Part shown: positions 13,130 through 27,614 of the stretch, piece by piece
Numbering within the stretch: the first letter of the stretch is position 1
Layout: the number at the start of each line of letters is the position of its first letter
NCBI RefSeq assembly: GCF_009914755.1
Contig: NC_060926.1
Length of the DNA stretch: 64,000 nt
Source of the DNA: the human T2T-CHM13v2.0 reference genome, Homo sapiens
Direction: 5' to 3' (one strand)
The notes under the pieces: generated by a model
What the model was told of the DNA's origin: nothing
The model's database searches: none
The model's input: only the letters and a program-made list of their open reading frames with translations
Position numbers and translations under genes: made by a program

Positions 13130-14869
13130 CTGCAAATAAACAAATAAAAATAATGTTTAAGCAGAGTAAAAAGTAATTGACTTAACATTTGTATCTTTAT
13201 TATTTTTAAGTACTGAAAAATAGTGAAACAAAATAAAATAGTTTAAAATGTACTGCACATAGATACATAAGATAACTGTATACTTACCTGACTTGGTCAT
13301 CAAAATTTTGATACGATATTTATAAAAACTAGTCAAGAAATAATAAGCATTAAAAGGCAAAGAAAGGACAGGATGTTAATTGAAATTTAGAAGCATCTGA
13401 GGGTTCCTCCAATGAAAAATTGCAAACTGTGGGTCATCATTTGGATTCTACAGTGTGATTTTAAAATACTGTGTGTTCTAAAAGGTATTATATAGCATAT
13501 ATTTCCTAATTTTGGTGTTTTACTGAGTATTTGATAATGGCTATTGAGATAATAGTTTATAAAATAGAAAAGATTGTGGTTTTATAAGACTTTCATAACA
13601 TTTTATGAAGCTGCAAAGAAATATTAACAACTTCATCTATTTCCCATTTGTTATTCTTTCTTTTGCACCTTCTGCCCATCCCTGTCAGTTACAGAAAAAC
13701 AGAAGATCTTATGGGCTTCTGAAGTTGGATGATGTGTGAAGATAAGACTAAAGATGAGTGATATTATGTGAAAAATAATACAGTGGGGACAGTTTTTAAA
13801 ATTTGAAGATAACCTACTTAGAGTTGAAATGGTAAAAGTAAAAGGTAAAGAGAGTAGGGATAACAGCACTTACACTATCATGTCATAATTGGAGACATTT
13901 TACTTAAAGTATAGGTGAAAGTAATTTTAAAAAATAAATTTAAAGTTATTCTGTAAGTTATATCTTAAAAGTTATTTTTACTAAGAAAAGCCTTTCAGAA
14001 AGTCTGCATTTATACTATTTTAAGTAGTCACATATCAAAGGAAACAGATATGCGGCTAAAAAATAAGGGCAACACATGTATGTAGGTATGTGCCTGTAGA
14101 CCTTGATGTACACAAAATTGAAAAAAAAAAAAAAACCTGGAAAAACAGGTAGCAAGAAGAATGCGTAATTTAATAGTGCCTGAGGCTTGAGTGTGTGCTG
14201 GCAAGTTCCAGGCTTTTAGGTAGCTTTCAATTTAAAAAGAAAACTAAGCACTGTCATTTTTTAAAACATAAGCTTCAACTCTTGGCTTATAAACTACCAT
14301 ACCAAAGTCTAGTTTCTATACCACGAGAATGGTCATTGAGAAAATGAGTTAGGTTTTGGCCTTGTTCATCAACTGGCAGAGATCCTAGGTAAATTATTTT
14401 ATTTTCTTAATATCTAGATATACTTGTTGCTAGAAGGCTGATGGCATACCTAAGAACTATCGTGTCGTTCAGCCATGTTGCTGTTGTTATGTAGTGTCTT
14501 CTATCCATGATTTAATCCTCTCTTACCTTAGGAATTACATTTTAAAAAGTAAGAATCATAGAATTAACTTCTCAAGATCTTCCAGGATTTAAAAAAACAA
14601 AACAAAAAATATTCCTTTGGGGGATTTTCTTTAAAATCCATTGCATTTTAAAAAGACTTCAGGGCATTTCCAAGGTTTCCATTGCTATATAACCTTGACT
14701 TATACTCTACGTACCTTAGACGGATATTTTGAAGATTTATAAAATAATTTATTTTACATTCAAGTTTTTAAACATTATTTGAAGTAAAACATAATCATTA
14801 AATAAAATTTGGAAAACAGGAAACTATGAAAATTTACCCATAGTCCTACTAGTTATACAAAACTAAAGT

Positions 14870-15285
14870 TAACATGAATTTGCTTCTAGTCTCTTTTTCT
14901 CCACGTTTTATTTATTTATTTTAAACACAGCTTGAATTATATTGTGTATATATATATATAATTCTGTATCTTTTCTTTTCTTTTTTTTTTTGGCCTTATA
15001 ACACTTCAAAACTTTTTAATGTTCCTACATAGTCTGTTTTTAATGGCTGAATTTTATTATTCCATTAAATACTATAGCTTTATTTAACCACTCCTTTTTT
15101 GGTTAAATTTATATTGTTTCCAATTTCTTCTTTTTCATAAATAACCCTATGATAGATAGGCATGAAGTTTTTTTTTTTTTTTCTGTTTGTAGGATTATTT
15201 CCTTGGTATAGAACTGTAGAAATAGAATTATTGGACCAAAAGCTATGAAATTTTAAGCTTCTGGATAAACACTGTAGAATTGGTA
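14870..15285 (-). mobile_element. Very old L1 (L1ME-like) fragment
   Basis: Degenerate motifs tttatttaaccactcc...attgtttccaattt...ggattatttccttgg...agaattattgg. Confidence 0.5.
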
Positions 15286-15784
15286 GTTTTGCTTTGTTTG
15301 TTTCCTAGTTTGGGAGGAGGTGATTTTGTTCAATAATAGGAAGTTGTGGTTCCAAGGAAGACTGATCTTCATTTTTTTTTTTAATGTGTTGAAATTGTGC
15401 TCAGCCTTGACTGAATGAAACTACGTGTTAATTCTTGTAGTAATTTTACAGCAACGAAAGGGTTTTCCCCAGTCCCTCATTGCTTTCTACATGTGGTTAA
15501 GTGCATTTTCTGAGCCACACCCTTTTGCTGTTACCTAATATTGGGTGATATCAGGTCACTTTCCTTTAAATGTACACAGACTTTTGTAAGTAAATTCAGC
15601 AGACAAGTTAAGCTTTGCTTTGCTATAAACTGGATTTTGACCTGTGGCTCACTTAATGCAGATTTTTAAATTTTAATACAGTAAGTGATCATCTCAGTTT
15701 ATTATGTTAGGTTTCCTCTGTGTTACTAACAGTCTGTCTTGAAGTTTCTGATTTGGTTTAATAATAATTAAATCCCAGAAGTAT

Positions 15785-15920
15785 AATATTTTAGACATGG
15801 AAGAAATCTTAAAACTCCCTAATCTGAAATTGTTTTATTTTATAGATGAACAAGTTGAGGCTCATATGGGTTAAGTGTTTTGTCCAAAGTCAGTTAGTGG
15901 CAGAGTTGGGATTATAATTT
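15785..15920 (-). mobile_element. MIR fragment
   Basis: ttattttatagatgaacaagttgaggctc...ggttaagtg...tccaaagtcagttagtggcagag. Confidence 0.7.
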
Positions 15921-16544
15921 TGTTCGTATTTCTCTGTAAAGGGTTTTTTTTTTTCCACTATAGTTTTTTAATGTACTAACAATACTTGTTCCACAGGCTG
16001 CTTTATGATTAACTTCTCTGATTCCCTATTCCTCTCATTTAAGGCTTTTGCTTATAAGCATGCTAGCTAGTGGTCCACCCTATGTGGCAGGAGACGCTTT
16101 TCTGAGTAAGTTGACCAGCTATTCAAGTTTCACTACTGAACATTGTGAAATTGAACTCTGCTTCTTGCATATTTGGTATCATATATAGGTTTCTTTTTCA
16201 TCAACATGGCAGAGTTTGGTACTTGACATTTTTTGTAGAAAATGCAGTCTCAAACTGACTGTAGTCTAGCACTTGCCAAAGGTTGGCTTGAGGCTTCTGG
16301 TACATACGAGAGACAAGTTTTATAGATAAGCTAACTAACTTTCTAACTTCTGTGTTAAGTAAGCCATCAGAAAGGAGTGTACTTAGAACTTGTCATTTCA
16401 CCTTTCCACAGGAATGCCTTTAGTGAATTATGATTTAAGTATTTTACCTTATAAAGAGGAGTTATAATAAGAAACATCTATGTGACTAGAATGTCTATCC
16501 TTTTCAAAACTCTAAGACATGTTTAGTTTGTTTTTCAGTTAAAA

Positions 16545-16665
16545 ATTTAGAGATTGGGTCTTGCTAGGTTCTCCATGCTGGCCTAAAACTCCTGGGCTCA
16601 AGCACTTCCCCTACCTCAGCCTCCAAAGGAGCTGGGACTGTAGGGATACACTACCACACCCAGCT
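16545..16665 (-). mobile_element. Alu monomer (FLAM-like)
   Basis: Single diverged Alu arm. Confidence 0.75.
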
Positions 16666-16674
16666 TGCTTTTCA

Positions 16675-16983
16675 GTTTTTTTTGTTTTGTTTTTTAATAA
16701 GACGGTGTCTTGCTCTGTTGCCCAGGCTGGAGTGCAGTGGCGTGATCTCGGCTCACTGCAACCTCCGCTTCCCGGGTTCAAGCAGTTCTCCCTGCCTCAG
16801 CCTTCTGAGTAGCTGAGACTACAGGCGCACGTCACCACATCTGGCTAATTTTTTTGTATTTTTAGTAGAGATGGGGTTTTCCCGTGTTGGCCGGGCTGGT
16901 CTTGAACTCTTGACCTCAGGCAATCTCCCCACCTTGGCCTCCCAAAGTGCTGGGATTACAGGCGTGAGCCACCTCGCCGGGCT
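16675..16983 (-). mobile_element. AluS
   Basis: Full antisense Alu; TSD tgcttttcagttttt. Confidence 0.9.
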
Positions 16984-17009
16984 GCTTTTCAGTTTTTTTT
17001 TACACAAGC

Positions 17010-17306
<297 letters not shown>

Positions 17307-17732
17307 TGCACAAACATTCTTGAGTGTGAATATAGAATGCTGAAAAAGTGTTTCCATCTAGATAAATTTACTATTTGCATGTGTTAAAAAATTAATAAAA
17401 ACAATAATCATGAACCATGTTTTAGAACAGAATGGTTTTCCATTACCTAATTTGACAGATTAATCATGTAATATTACTAAATTAAACATAACCATTCTCA
17501 TTTTACAGATGAAGAAACAGGTATAGAGGTGTGTAGCAGTGAGGAGGTAGTGGAACAAAATTAGACTGAGACAGTTTGCTTATAATACTGCATTCTTTCT
17601 GTTATACCATGATGCTTCTCAAAGTAAACCTATTTCACTTTTTTGCCTTTGCCTTCCCAAATTCAGAGCTAAACACAGTTTTAACTTGTATAAAACAGCC
17701 CGATATTCAACATCACATAACTGTGCAACTTG

Positions 17733-18055
17733 TTTTGTGTTTTTTTTTTTTTTTTTTTTTTTGAGATAGGGTTGTGCTCTGTTGCCCAGGCTGGAGAACA
17801 GTGGCACAATTATAGCTCACAGCAAAAGTACAGCTCAAACTTTCGGGCTCAGGTGATCTTGCCTCAGCCTCCCAAGTAGCTGGGACTACAGGTGTGCACC
17901 ACTGTGCCTGGATAATTTTTTTAAACTTTTATTTTTGTAGAGACAAGGTCTTGCTATGTTGCCTAAGCTAGTCTCAAACTACTGGGCTCTAGCGAACTTT
18001 TTGCCTTAGCCTCCCAAATCACTAGGATTACAGGCGTAAGTCACCATGCCTGGCC
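17733..18055 (-). mobile_element. AluJ
   Basis: Diverged antisense Alu; TSD tgcaactt. Confidence 0.88.
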
Positions 18056-18174
18056 TGCAACTTTTAATTGACTTTTGCTGTGTATATAATTTATTTTAGA
18101 TATGATATATAAAATACTTTAGTGAAATGCCCCAAATCTTTCAGAAAGTAAATAGATCATAAATGCTGAGATAA

Positions 18175-18495
<321 letters not shown>

Positions 18496-18719
18496 TGAAA
18501 ATATTTTTTAAAAATCAATTTTTAGAGGAAAGAATGAGAATAGTTTATCAATTACTCCATCTCAACCAATACTTGAAGATACTGTATTCCATCAAGTAAA
18601 TTGATAAACTTATGATAGAAGTAGTAGCAAACACAAAAATTGCTACTTTATCATTTTTAGAGGTTATACACTTATACTTCAAGATGCTCTATTAATGTAA
18701 TTGTCAACATGTAAATACC

Positions 18720-18730
18720 GTGTATGTGTA

Positions 18731-18769
<39 letters not shown>

Positions 18770-18800
18770 GCACACACACACATATATATATGCACACACT
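18720..18800. repeat. (TA)n/(CA)n compound microsatellite
   Basis: Directly visible. Confidence 0.9.
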
Positions 18801-18930
18801 CCCTATTCTATATGTATTACTCCCCTCTTTGGGTGATAGTAAAAACAGGAAGTGCAGCAGGTTGCTATATCTACCATAATTCCACATTAAAAGAATGGGT
18901 TTCTGCCATTTCTAAATACAAGATTTCTGT

Positions 18931-19235
<305 letters not shown>

Positions 19236-19754
19236 AGATTTCTTTCAGACAGTATGCCAATGAATAGTACAAACAAGACAATGTAGATAGGTAACTACAT
19301 GATTTATTACCCTTGACTATGAGCAAAGTCAGTGGGAGGAAACAAGAGGTTTGCCCCATACCTAGAAACTCACTCAAACATGTAGCCCCAAGATAACCTC
19401 TAAATTTACCTATTAAAGTTTAAAAGATAATTAAAACTTTTTCCTTCCGTTTCTGTCTTTACCACAAATTTTTTCCAGAATGTTCCCAAGAGGTAACTAG
19501 ATCACTAGTGGTTTCATTTCTTTCCTTTCCCTTTCCTTTATTTTTTATTGTGGTAAAATATATTTAACATAAAATTTACCACTTTATTTTTAAGTGTATA
19601 CTTTAGTGGGATTAGGCACATTCACATCATCATGTAACCATCACCGCTCTCCATCTCCAGAACTTTTTAATCATTCAACTGAAATTCTGTACTCAATAAA
19701 TAACAATTTCCCATTTCATACTTCCTTAAGCCTCTGATAACCACTGTTCTACTT

Positions 19755-20038
<284 letters not shown>

Positions 20039-20544
20039 TGTTCTACTTTGTGTCTCTAAGAATTTGACTATTCCAGGTACTTCATATAAGTGGAGTAATG
20101 CAATATTTGTCCTTTTGAGCCTCATTTCACTTAGCGTAATGTCTGCAAAGTTCATCCATGCTGTAGCAGGTATCAGAACTTCATTCCCTTTTTAGGGCTG
20201 AATAATATTTCATTATATGTATATACCACCTTTTGTTTATTCATTAATCTGTCAGTGGCCATTTTGGTTGTTTCCACCTTTTGGGTATTGTGACTAATGT
20301 TGCTATGAACACAGGTGTGAAAATATCTGTTCTTGTCCTTGCTTTCAATTCTTTGGGGTGTATACCAGAAGTAAAATTGCTGGATCATATAATGGTTTTA
20401 TGTTTAATTTTTTGAGGAACTACCATACTGTTTTCCACAGGGGCAACACCATTTTATATTCCCACTGGCAATGTACAATTGTTCTAGTTTCTCCACATCC
20501 TTATCAACACTTTTTGCTTTCTGTTTTTTGATAATGGCCATCTT

Positions 20545-20574
20545 ATTGCTTCTCAGCCTTTTGGCTAAAATCAA
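20545..20574 (+). pseudogene. 3'-truncated U2 snRNA retrocopy (first ~30 nt)
   Basis: attgcttctcagccttttggctaaaatcaa vs U2 ATCGCTTCTCGGCCTTTTGGCTAAGATCAA (27/30); flanking repeats ataatggccatctt / ataatagccattcc. Confidence 0.9.
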
Positions 20575-20778
20575 ATAATAGCCATTCCAATGTATGTAGT
20601 TTCTCGTTGTGGTTTGATCTGCATTTTTCTAACAATTAGTGATGTTGAACATCATTTCATGTACTTTTTGTCCATTTGTATATCTTGGAAGTTCTTTGCA
20701 CATTACATTTTTTTATTGGGTTGTAGTTCTTCTATATTCTGGTTATTTGTCACTTATTATATATGTGATTTGCAAATA

Positions 20779-21111
20779 CAGTTGTCGCTCAGTATTTGTG
20801 GGGATTGATTCCAGGACCCCCTAGAGATACTAAAATCTGCAGATGCTTGTGTCCCTGATATTAAATGCGTAGTATCTGCATATAATCTATACATATCCTC
20901 ACATATATTTTAAATAATCTCTGCATTACTTATAATACCTAATACAATGTAATTATTATGTAAATCATTGTTATACTGTATTATTTAGGGAATAATTTAC
21001 AAGAAAAAAAGTCTGTACATGTTTAGGACAGATGGTTTTTTTCCCAATGTTTTCAATCTCTTGTTGGTGGAATCCACAGATGAGGAACTCATGGATACAG
21101 AGGGCCAACTG
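20779..21111. mobile_element. MER2 (TcMar-Tigger) non-autonomous DNA transposon
   Basis: TIRs cagttgtcgctcagtat / atacagagggccaactg; TA TSD; host L1 rejoins as ttgcaaata|ttttctcc. Confidence 0.88.
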
Positions 21112-22905
21112 TATTTTCTCCTGTTGTGTGGGTTGCCTTTTTACTCTGTTGATAGTATCCTTTGATGGACAAACAATAATTTTAGTGAAGTCTAGTTTAT
21201 CTGTTTTTTTGTTGTTGTTTTTATTGCCTGTACTTTTGGTGTCTTACCTGTGAAATCGTTGCCAAATTCAATGCTACATTTTCTCCTACGTTTTCTCCAA
21301 GAGAATTATAGTTTTAGGCCTGTGTATAGATCTTTGATACATTTTGAGTTGATTTTTGTATATGGTGTAAGGTAAGAGTCTAACTTCATACTTTTGCATA
21401 TGGACATCCTGTTTTCCCAGCAATATTTGATGAAAAGACTGTCTTTTCCCCCATTAAATGGTCTTGGCACCCTTGTCAGAAATCATTTATCCACATACAC
21501 AAAGGTTTTATTTAGGTTCTCGATTCTGTTCCATGGTTCTATATGTCTGTCTTTATGCTAGCACCATATTTTGATTACTGTAGCTTTGTAGTAAATTTTG
21601 AAGTCAGAAAGTGTGAGTTCTTCAACTTTATTGTTTGTTTTCAAGATTGTTTTGGCTTTTCAAGGTCCCTTGATTTTCCATATTAATTTAAGGATGAGTA
21701 TTTTTTTTTTCTATTTCTGCAAAGATATATTGAGATTTTGATAGGAATTGAGTGGAGAGTTCTGTATGTGTCTGTTCCATCCAGTTGGTCTGTAGTGTTT
21801 TTCAAGTCTTCTGCTGTCCTTATTGATCTTCTGTCTGGTTGTCCTATCGATTATTGAAAGCAGGTTATTGAAGTCTCCTAATATTACTGCATTGCTGTCT
21901 ATTTCTTTCTTCAATTATGTTAATGTTTGCTTCATATATTTAAGAGTTCTGATGTTTGGTACATACATATTTATAATAATTATATCTTGGTGAATTGACT
22001 CTTTAATCATGTATTATCCTTCCTAGTCTCTTGTGATGATTTTTCATTGAAAGTCTATTTTATCTGATACCATTATAGGTACCCCTGCTCTCCTGTGGTA
22101 ACTAGTTACATGAAATATTTTTTCCATCCTTTCCATTTCAGCTTATGTGTTGAATCTAAAATGAGTCTCTTGTGTGCAGCAGAGTGTTAGAGTTTTTAAA
22201 AAAATCCATTCAGTCAATATGTCTTTTGACTAGTAGTTGGATTATTCATATTTAAAGTAATTATTGATATGGAAGGATTTACTATTGCTGGTTTGTCACC
22301 TGTTTTCTGTATGTCTTGTGGCTTTTTGGTTCCTCATTTCTTTTCTTACTGCCCTCCCTTTGTAATCCATTGATTTTTTTTTATAGTGACATACTTTGAT
22401 TCCCTTTTCATTTCCTTTTGTGTGCACTATATAGATATTTTTCTTGGTGGCTAGCATTGTGATTACGTAACACATTTCAAATTTATGCAATTTATGTTAC
22501 ACTGATAACAACTAATCTTCATTAGCATACAAAAATTCTCCTTTACAGTTCCTCCTTTTTTTATTGTTAAAACTTACATTTATATATTGTGTACTTATTA
22601 ACTTAGATTTATAGATTTTTTGTGTGAGTAATTTTATAGATTCTATACAAGAATTAAAAGTGGATTTGTGCACCAGAATTACAATAACACAGGATTCTAT
22701 AGTTGCCCATATGTTTACCTTTAATGGAGAACATTATACTTTCATGTGACTTTGTATAGCTGTCTAGTATCTTTTTGCTTCAATTTGAAGGACCCTCTTT
22801 AGCATTTCTTGTAGGGAACATCTAGTGGTGTTGACTATACATCTTTTATCTGGGAATGTCATCATTTCTTCACATTTGAAGGACAGTTTTGCTAGATACA
22901 GTATT

Positions 22906-23208
22906 CTTTTTTTTTTTTTTTTTTTTGAGATGGGGTCTCGCTCTGTCTCCCAGGTTGGAGTACAGTGGTGCGATCTCAGCTCACTGCAACCTCCACCTCC
23001 CAGGTTCCGCTATTCTCCTGTCTTAGCCTCCTGAGTAGCTGGGATTACAGGCGTGTGCCACCATGCCTGGCTAATATTTTGTATTTTTAGTAGAGATGGG
23101 GTTTCAACATGTTGGCCAGGCTGGTCTTGAACTCCTGATCTCAAGTGGTCTGCCTGCCTCGGCCTCCCAAAGTGCTAGGATTACAAGTGTGAGCCATCAC
23201 ACCCGGCC
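22906..23208 (-). mobile_element. AluSx/Sz-like
   Basis: Full antisense Alu. Confidence 0.9.
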
Positions 23209-24516
23209 CAGTTGATGTTTTTGAATATACTTTCCCATTCCTTTTTAGCCTGCAAGATTCATACTGAGAACTTTGCTGATAATCTTATTAGGCTCCCTTG
23301 TATGTGATGAGTCATTTTTCTCTTGTAGCTCTCAAGATTATCTCTTTGTCTTTGACTTTCAGCAGTTTGATTGTAATGTGTCTTGTTGTATGTCTCTTTG
23401 GGTTTATTATACTTAGAATTTGTTGAACTTCTTGAGTTTATATGTCTATTTCTATCCTCAGATTGGGTAAGTTTTTGGCCATTATATTTCAAATAAGTTC
23501 CCTACCTTTTTCTTATTGTCTTCTCCTTCTGGGATCTTCATAATGGATATATTGTCCTGCTTGATAGTGTCTCTTAAGCTCTGTTCACTTTTTTATTCTT
23601 TTGTTCTTTTTGTACCTCATACTAGATAATTTCAAATAAGTTATCTTTAAGCTTGTTTATTCTTTCTTCTGTCCAAGTCTGCTATTGAATCCCTCTAGTG
23701 AATTTTTAAGTTTGACTATCCCCAGTGTGCCCATTATATTTTTCATTTCCAGAATTTCTGGTTGGTTCTTTTAATAATGTCTATCTCTGTTGAAATTCCC
23801 CTTTGTTCATATAATTTACCTGATTTCCTTTAGGTCTCTGTCCATGTTGTTCTTTACTGTTTGAACATATTTAAAACATTGTTTGAAAATCTTTTTCTAG
23901 TAAGTCTGATACCTGTATTTTTTCAGGGATAGTTTCTGCCAATTTATTATTATTATTGAATGGTCCATGTTTCCGTTTCTTTTTATGCATTGTGATTTTG
24001 GGATTTTAAATTCACAATAGTTATGTTGGGGATTTGAAAACAAAAAGAAAAACAGCTACTTCTCCCATTCTCTGTAGACTGGCTCTTTGCCATGGAAGTC
24101 CTTTCCTAATTATCTTGGCCTTGCTTCTGAATTTTGAGATCACATCAAAGAGAAAGCTAAAGGTCTTCTCAGGTCTTTACTGAGCATGCATCTTGCCTGG
24201 ACCTGTTTGTGGTTTTTTGAATCTCTGTATAGATGGCTGCTTTTAATTGTCTTAAATTTCCCAAGAGATCTTTGTGGGGTCTTGATGGTCTGTCATATGT
24301 CTCCACCTATAATCTTTTGCCCCAGGAATCTGTAGGGTCTCTCTGCAGCTTTCTGAGCCATGACTACTGCTTCTCCTCATCTGAGATTAAGGCCATGCTT
24401 GTCTCCTAGCAGAGATCTGAGTTAGGTGAATCAGGGATCAATTCTTCAGGCAGCCTTTAGACAAGTTAGAATGTTGCAAATAAGGTCAGCCTTGTTCGTT
24501 TTGGTTCAAGGGATGG

Positions 24517-24869
24517 TGATATGATTTGGCTGTGTGTCCCCACCCAAATCTCACCTTGAATTGTAATAATTCCCACGTGTCAAGGGTGGGACCAGGTGGA
24601 GGTAACTGAATCATGGGGGCAGTTTTCCCCATGCCGTTCTTATGATAGTGAAGAGTTCTCACAAGATTTGATGGTTTTATAAGCGTCTGGCATTTCTCCT
24701 GCTGGCATTCACTCTGTCCTGTCTGCTTCTCCTTTGCCTTTTGCCATGATTATAAGGTTCCTGAGGTCTCCTCAGCTATGCAGAACTGTGAGTCAACTAA
24801 ACCTCTTTCCTTTATAAATTACCCAGTCTTAGATATTTATCCATAGCAGCATGAGAATGGACTAATACA
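24517..24869 (+). mobile_element. THE1 (MaLR) solo LTR
   Basis: tgatatgatttggctgtgtgtccccacccaaatctcaccttgaattgtaata...ggactaataca; 5-bp TSD gatgg/ggtgg. Confidence 0.92.
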
Positions 24870-25915
24870 GGTGGAATTAGGAACTGCCATCTCCTCCAAA
24901 CCAAGACAACGGCTGGGGAGGAGTGGAACAAGGGTGAGCAAAAATGCCATGACATGTCCTACTGTTCGGGATGTAGCTTGTTCTTGATTGTTTACTTGGT
25001 TTCTGTAGACCTTTGACTGTTTTCCAGAGTTCCTATAAAGTTATTTAGTCACTGTATAGTTGTTTCTTTAATGTTTATTAAGGAGAATGAGGGTCTGAAG
25101 CTTCTTAGTCACATTTTGCTGATGTCATTCTTCCTAGGGGTTTTCTAATCGTTGTTTCCTCTGGTTGTATGTGGTTTCCTTACTGCATGGGAAGGGGACT
25201 CCATTGTCAATACAACCCTGAATAATATATGCAGTGTGAGAACTTTAGTGAAATTCTAATCCCACCTGGTCAAATCCTTGTTATTTTGCCCACCCCACTT
25301 CTGTGGTTATAGAATGTAATTTCTCTGTAGTATCTCTCTTTCCCAGTTTTATTTTATTTTTCCTCCAAAATTCACATTTTATTTCTATGATTTAACTCAT
25401 ATCCTTTCCTGCTCCAATATAATAGATCACAATTATGATCAATAATACCCACTCGGCATGTAAATAAAGGAAATAAAAATTAAATTCTGGCTAAGTTTCA
25501 CAGAATGCCAGAAAAGTATTTAGTAAATTTATATATATGCATACACAAACACCCACACAGACATACACATACATGTACACATATTGTTTTCATAGAATGC
25601 TGTGTTTTCAAAGGTTTTAGATACTTGGCTTATACTATGAGCACTTTGAACACTGGTGTTTTTAATATGAAATTCTGAGAACATTTTGTTCTTGGTATCA
25701 AATATGAAACTTGTAAAATTCACATATGCAAATTGCTTCATTTATTAGTGACCTCTGATGGCTTCTGATTAAGTCAATATTGTGTCCATCTTTGAAGTAT
25801 GTATTTAAAAAATTATGAATTTCCTTATTTTTTCTTCATTGTGGCTGAGTATAGGGAAATTGCTGTGTATCTCAGTTAAGGTCCATTTAAATGTGTTTTT
25901 CAAAGCTCAAGATTG

Positions 25916-26214
25916 GGGGGCGCTGTGGCTCACACCTGTAACCCCAGCACTTTGGGAGGCCAATGCAGGTGGATTGCTTGAACTCAGGAGGTTGAGACTA
26001 GCCTGGGCAACAAGGTGAAACCCTGTCTCTACAAAAAATACAAAAATTAGCCAGGTGTGGTGGCACGGGCCTGTAGTGCTAGCTACCTGGGAGGCTCAGG
26101 TGGGAGGATCACTTAAAGCCATGAGGTAGAAGTTGCAGTGAGCTGAGATCGCACCACTGCACTCCAGCCTGGGCAACAGAGCCAGACCCTGTCTCAAATA
26201 AAAGAAAACAAAAA
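25916..26214 (+). mobile_element. AluJ
   Basis: Full sense Alu; TSD aaagctc. Confidence 0.9.
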
Positions 26215-26384
26215 GCTCTGGATAAAGTGTGCAAAAATCTTAAAATGGACCACATCCATCAGAGAATAGTCTACTAAATTCAGGGCACGTGATGTTTTTA
26301 AGATCTCAGTGAACGTGTTCATAAACTTTAAGGAGGAATTAGCCAAGCACTGTCAGAACATATTTTTGTTTTCACAAAGGCTAA

Positions 26385-26702
<318 letters not shown>

Positions 26703-26802
26703 AAATGTTATTATTTCAAGTTAATAAAATTCTCATAATTATGGCAACATAATCCTCTCTTTATGTTTTTCCACAAAAGAGAATATGAACAAGGAAATTA
26801 AG

Positions 26803-27103
26803 TTTTTTTGTTTGTTTGTTTTGAGACAGGGTCTCACTCTGTCATCCAGGCTGGAGTGCAGAGGTGTGATTATGGCCTACTGCAGCCTCTAACTCCTGGG
26901 CTCAGGCAATGCTCCTGCCTCAGCCTTCTGAGTAGCTGGGACTACAGGCACGTGTACCGTGTCTGGCTAATTAAAAAAAATTTTTTTTTAGAGATGGGGT
27001 CCTGCTATGTTGCCCAGGCTGGTTCAAACTCCAGGCCTTAAGTAATCCTTCCACCTTGGCCTCCCAAAGTGCTAGGATTACAGGTGTGAGCCACTGCACT
27101 GAA
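26803..27103 (-). mobile_element. AluJ
   Basis: Full antisense Alu; TSD aaggaaat. Confidence 0.88.
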
Positions 27104-27614
27104 CAAGGAAATCTGAGGGACATACTTTTTCTTGAGAAGTGAACAGGCAGTAATGTATTCTATTAAAGATGTAGCCATTTTAGTACCAAAGGTTTAGTAA
27201 ACTAATTCAAAGTGTCAGAGAACTTTATACTTGAATTACTCTCTCTCTCTATATATATATTCCCCAGAGGACTTTTACCCAAACAGTTTTCTTAGAATTA
27301 AAGTTTATAATCTCATGAAGCCTAGAGCTAGGTAATGGTTAAAATAAGTAGTGATTTTAAAAATAGTTCATTGCTTACTTTAATTGTAAACTAACTTCAG
27401 GTCTGAGCAGAATATGAAATTTAAGAAAATTATTTGGGAAAAAAGCCCTGCAGGGATTGATGGAGAGAGTGAGAGAGAGGAAGAGAAAGAGACAATCTAT
27501 TATAATATGGGTATAATAAAATATATAATGTATTATCTATTATATACAGACACATAATAGAACACTTAAGATGGGTGCATTTTACGGGGGAGGGAAAGGA
27601 GTATAAACAAATAT

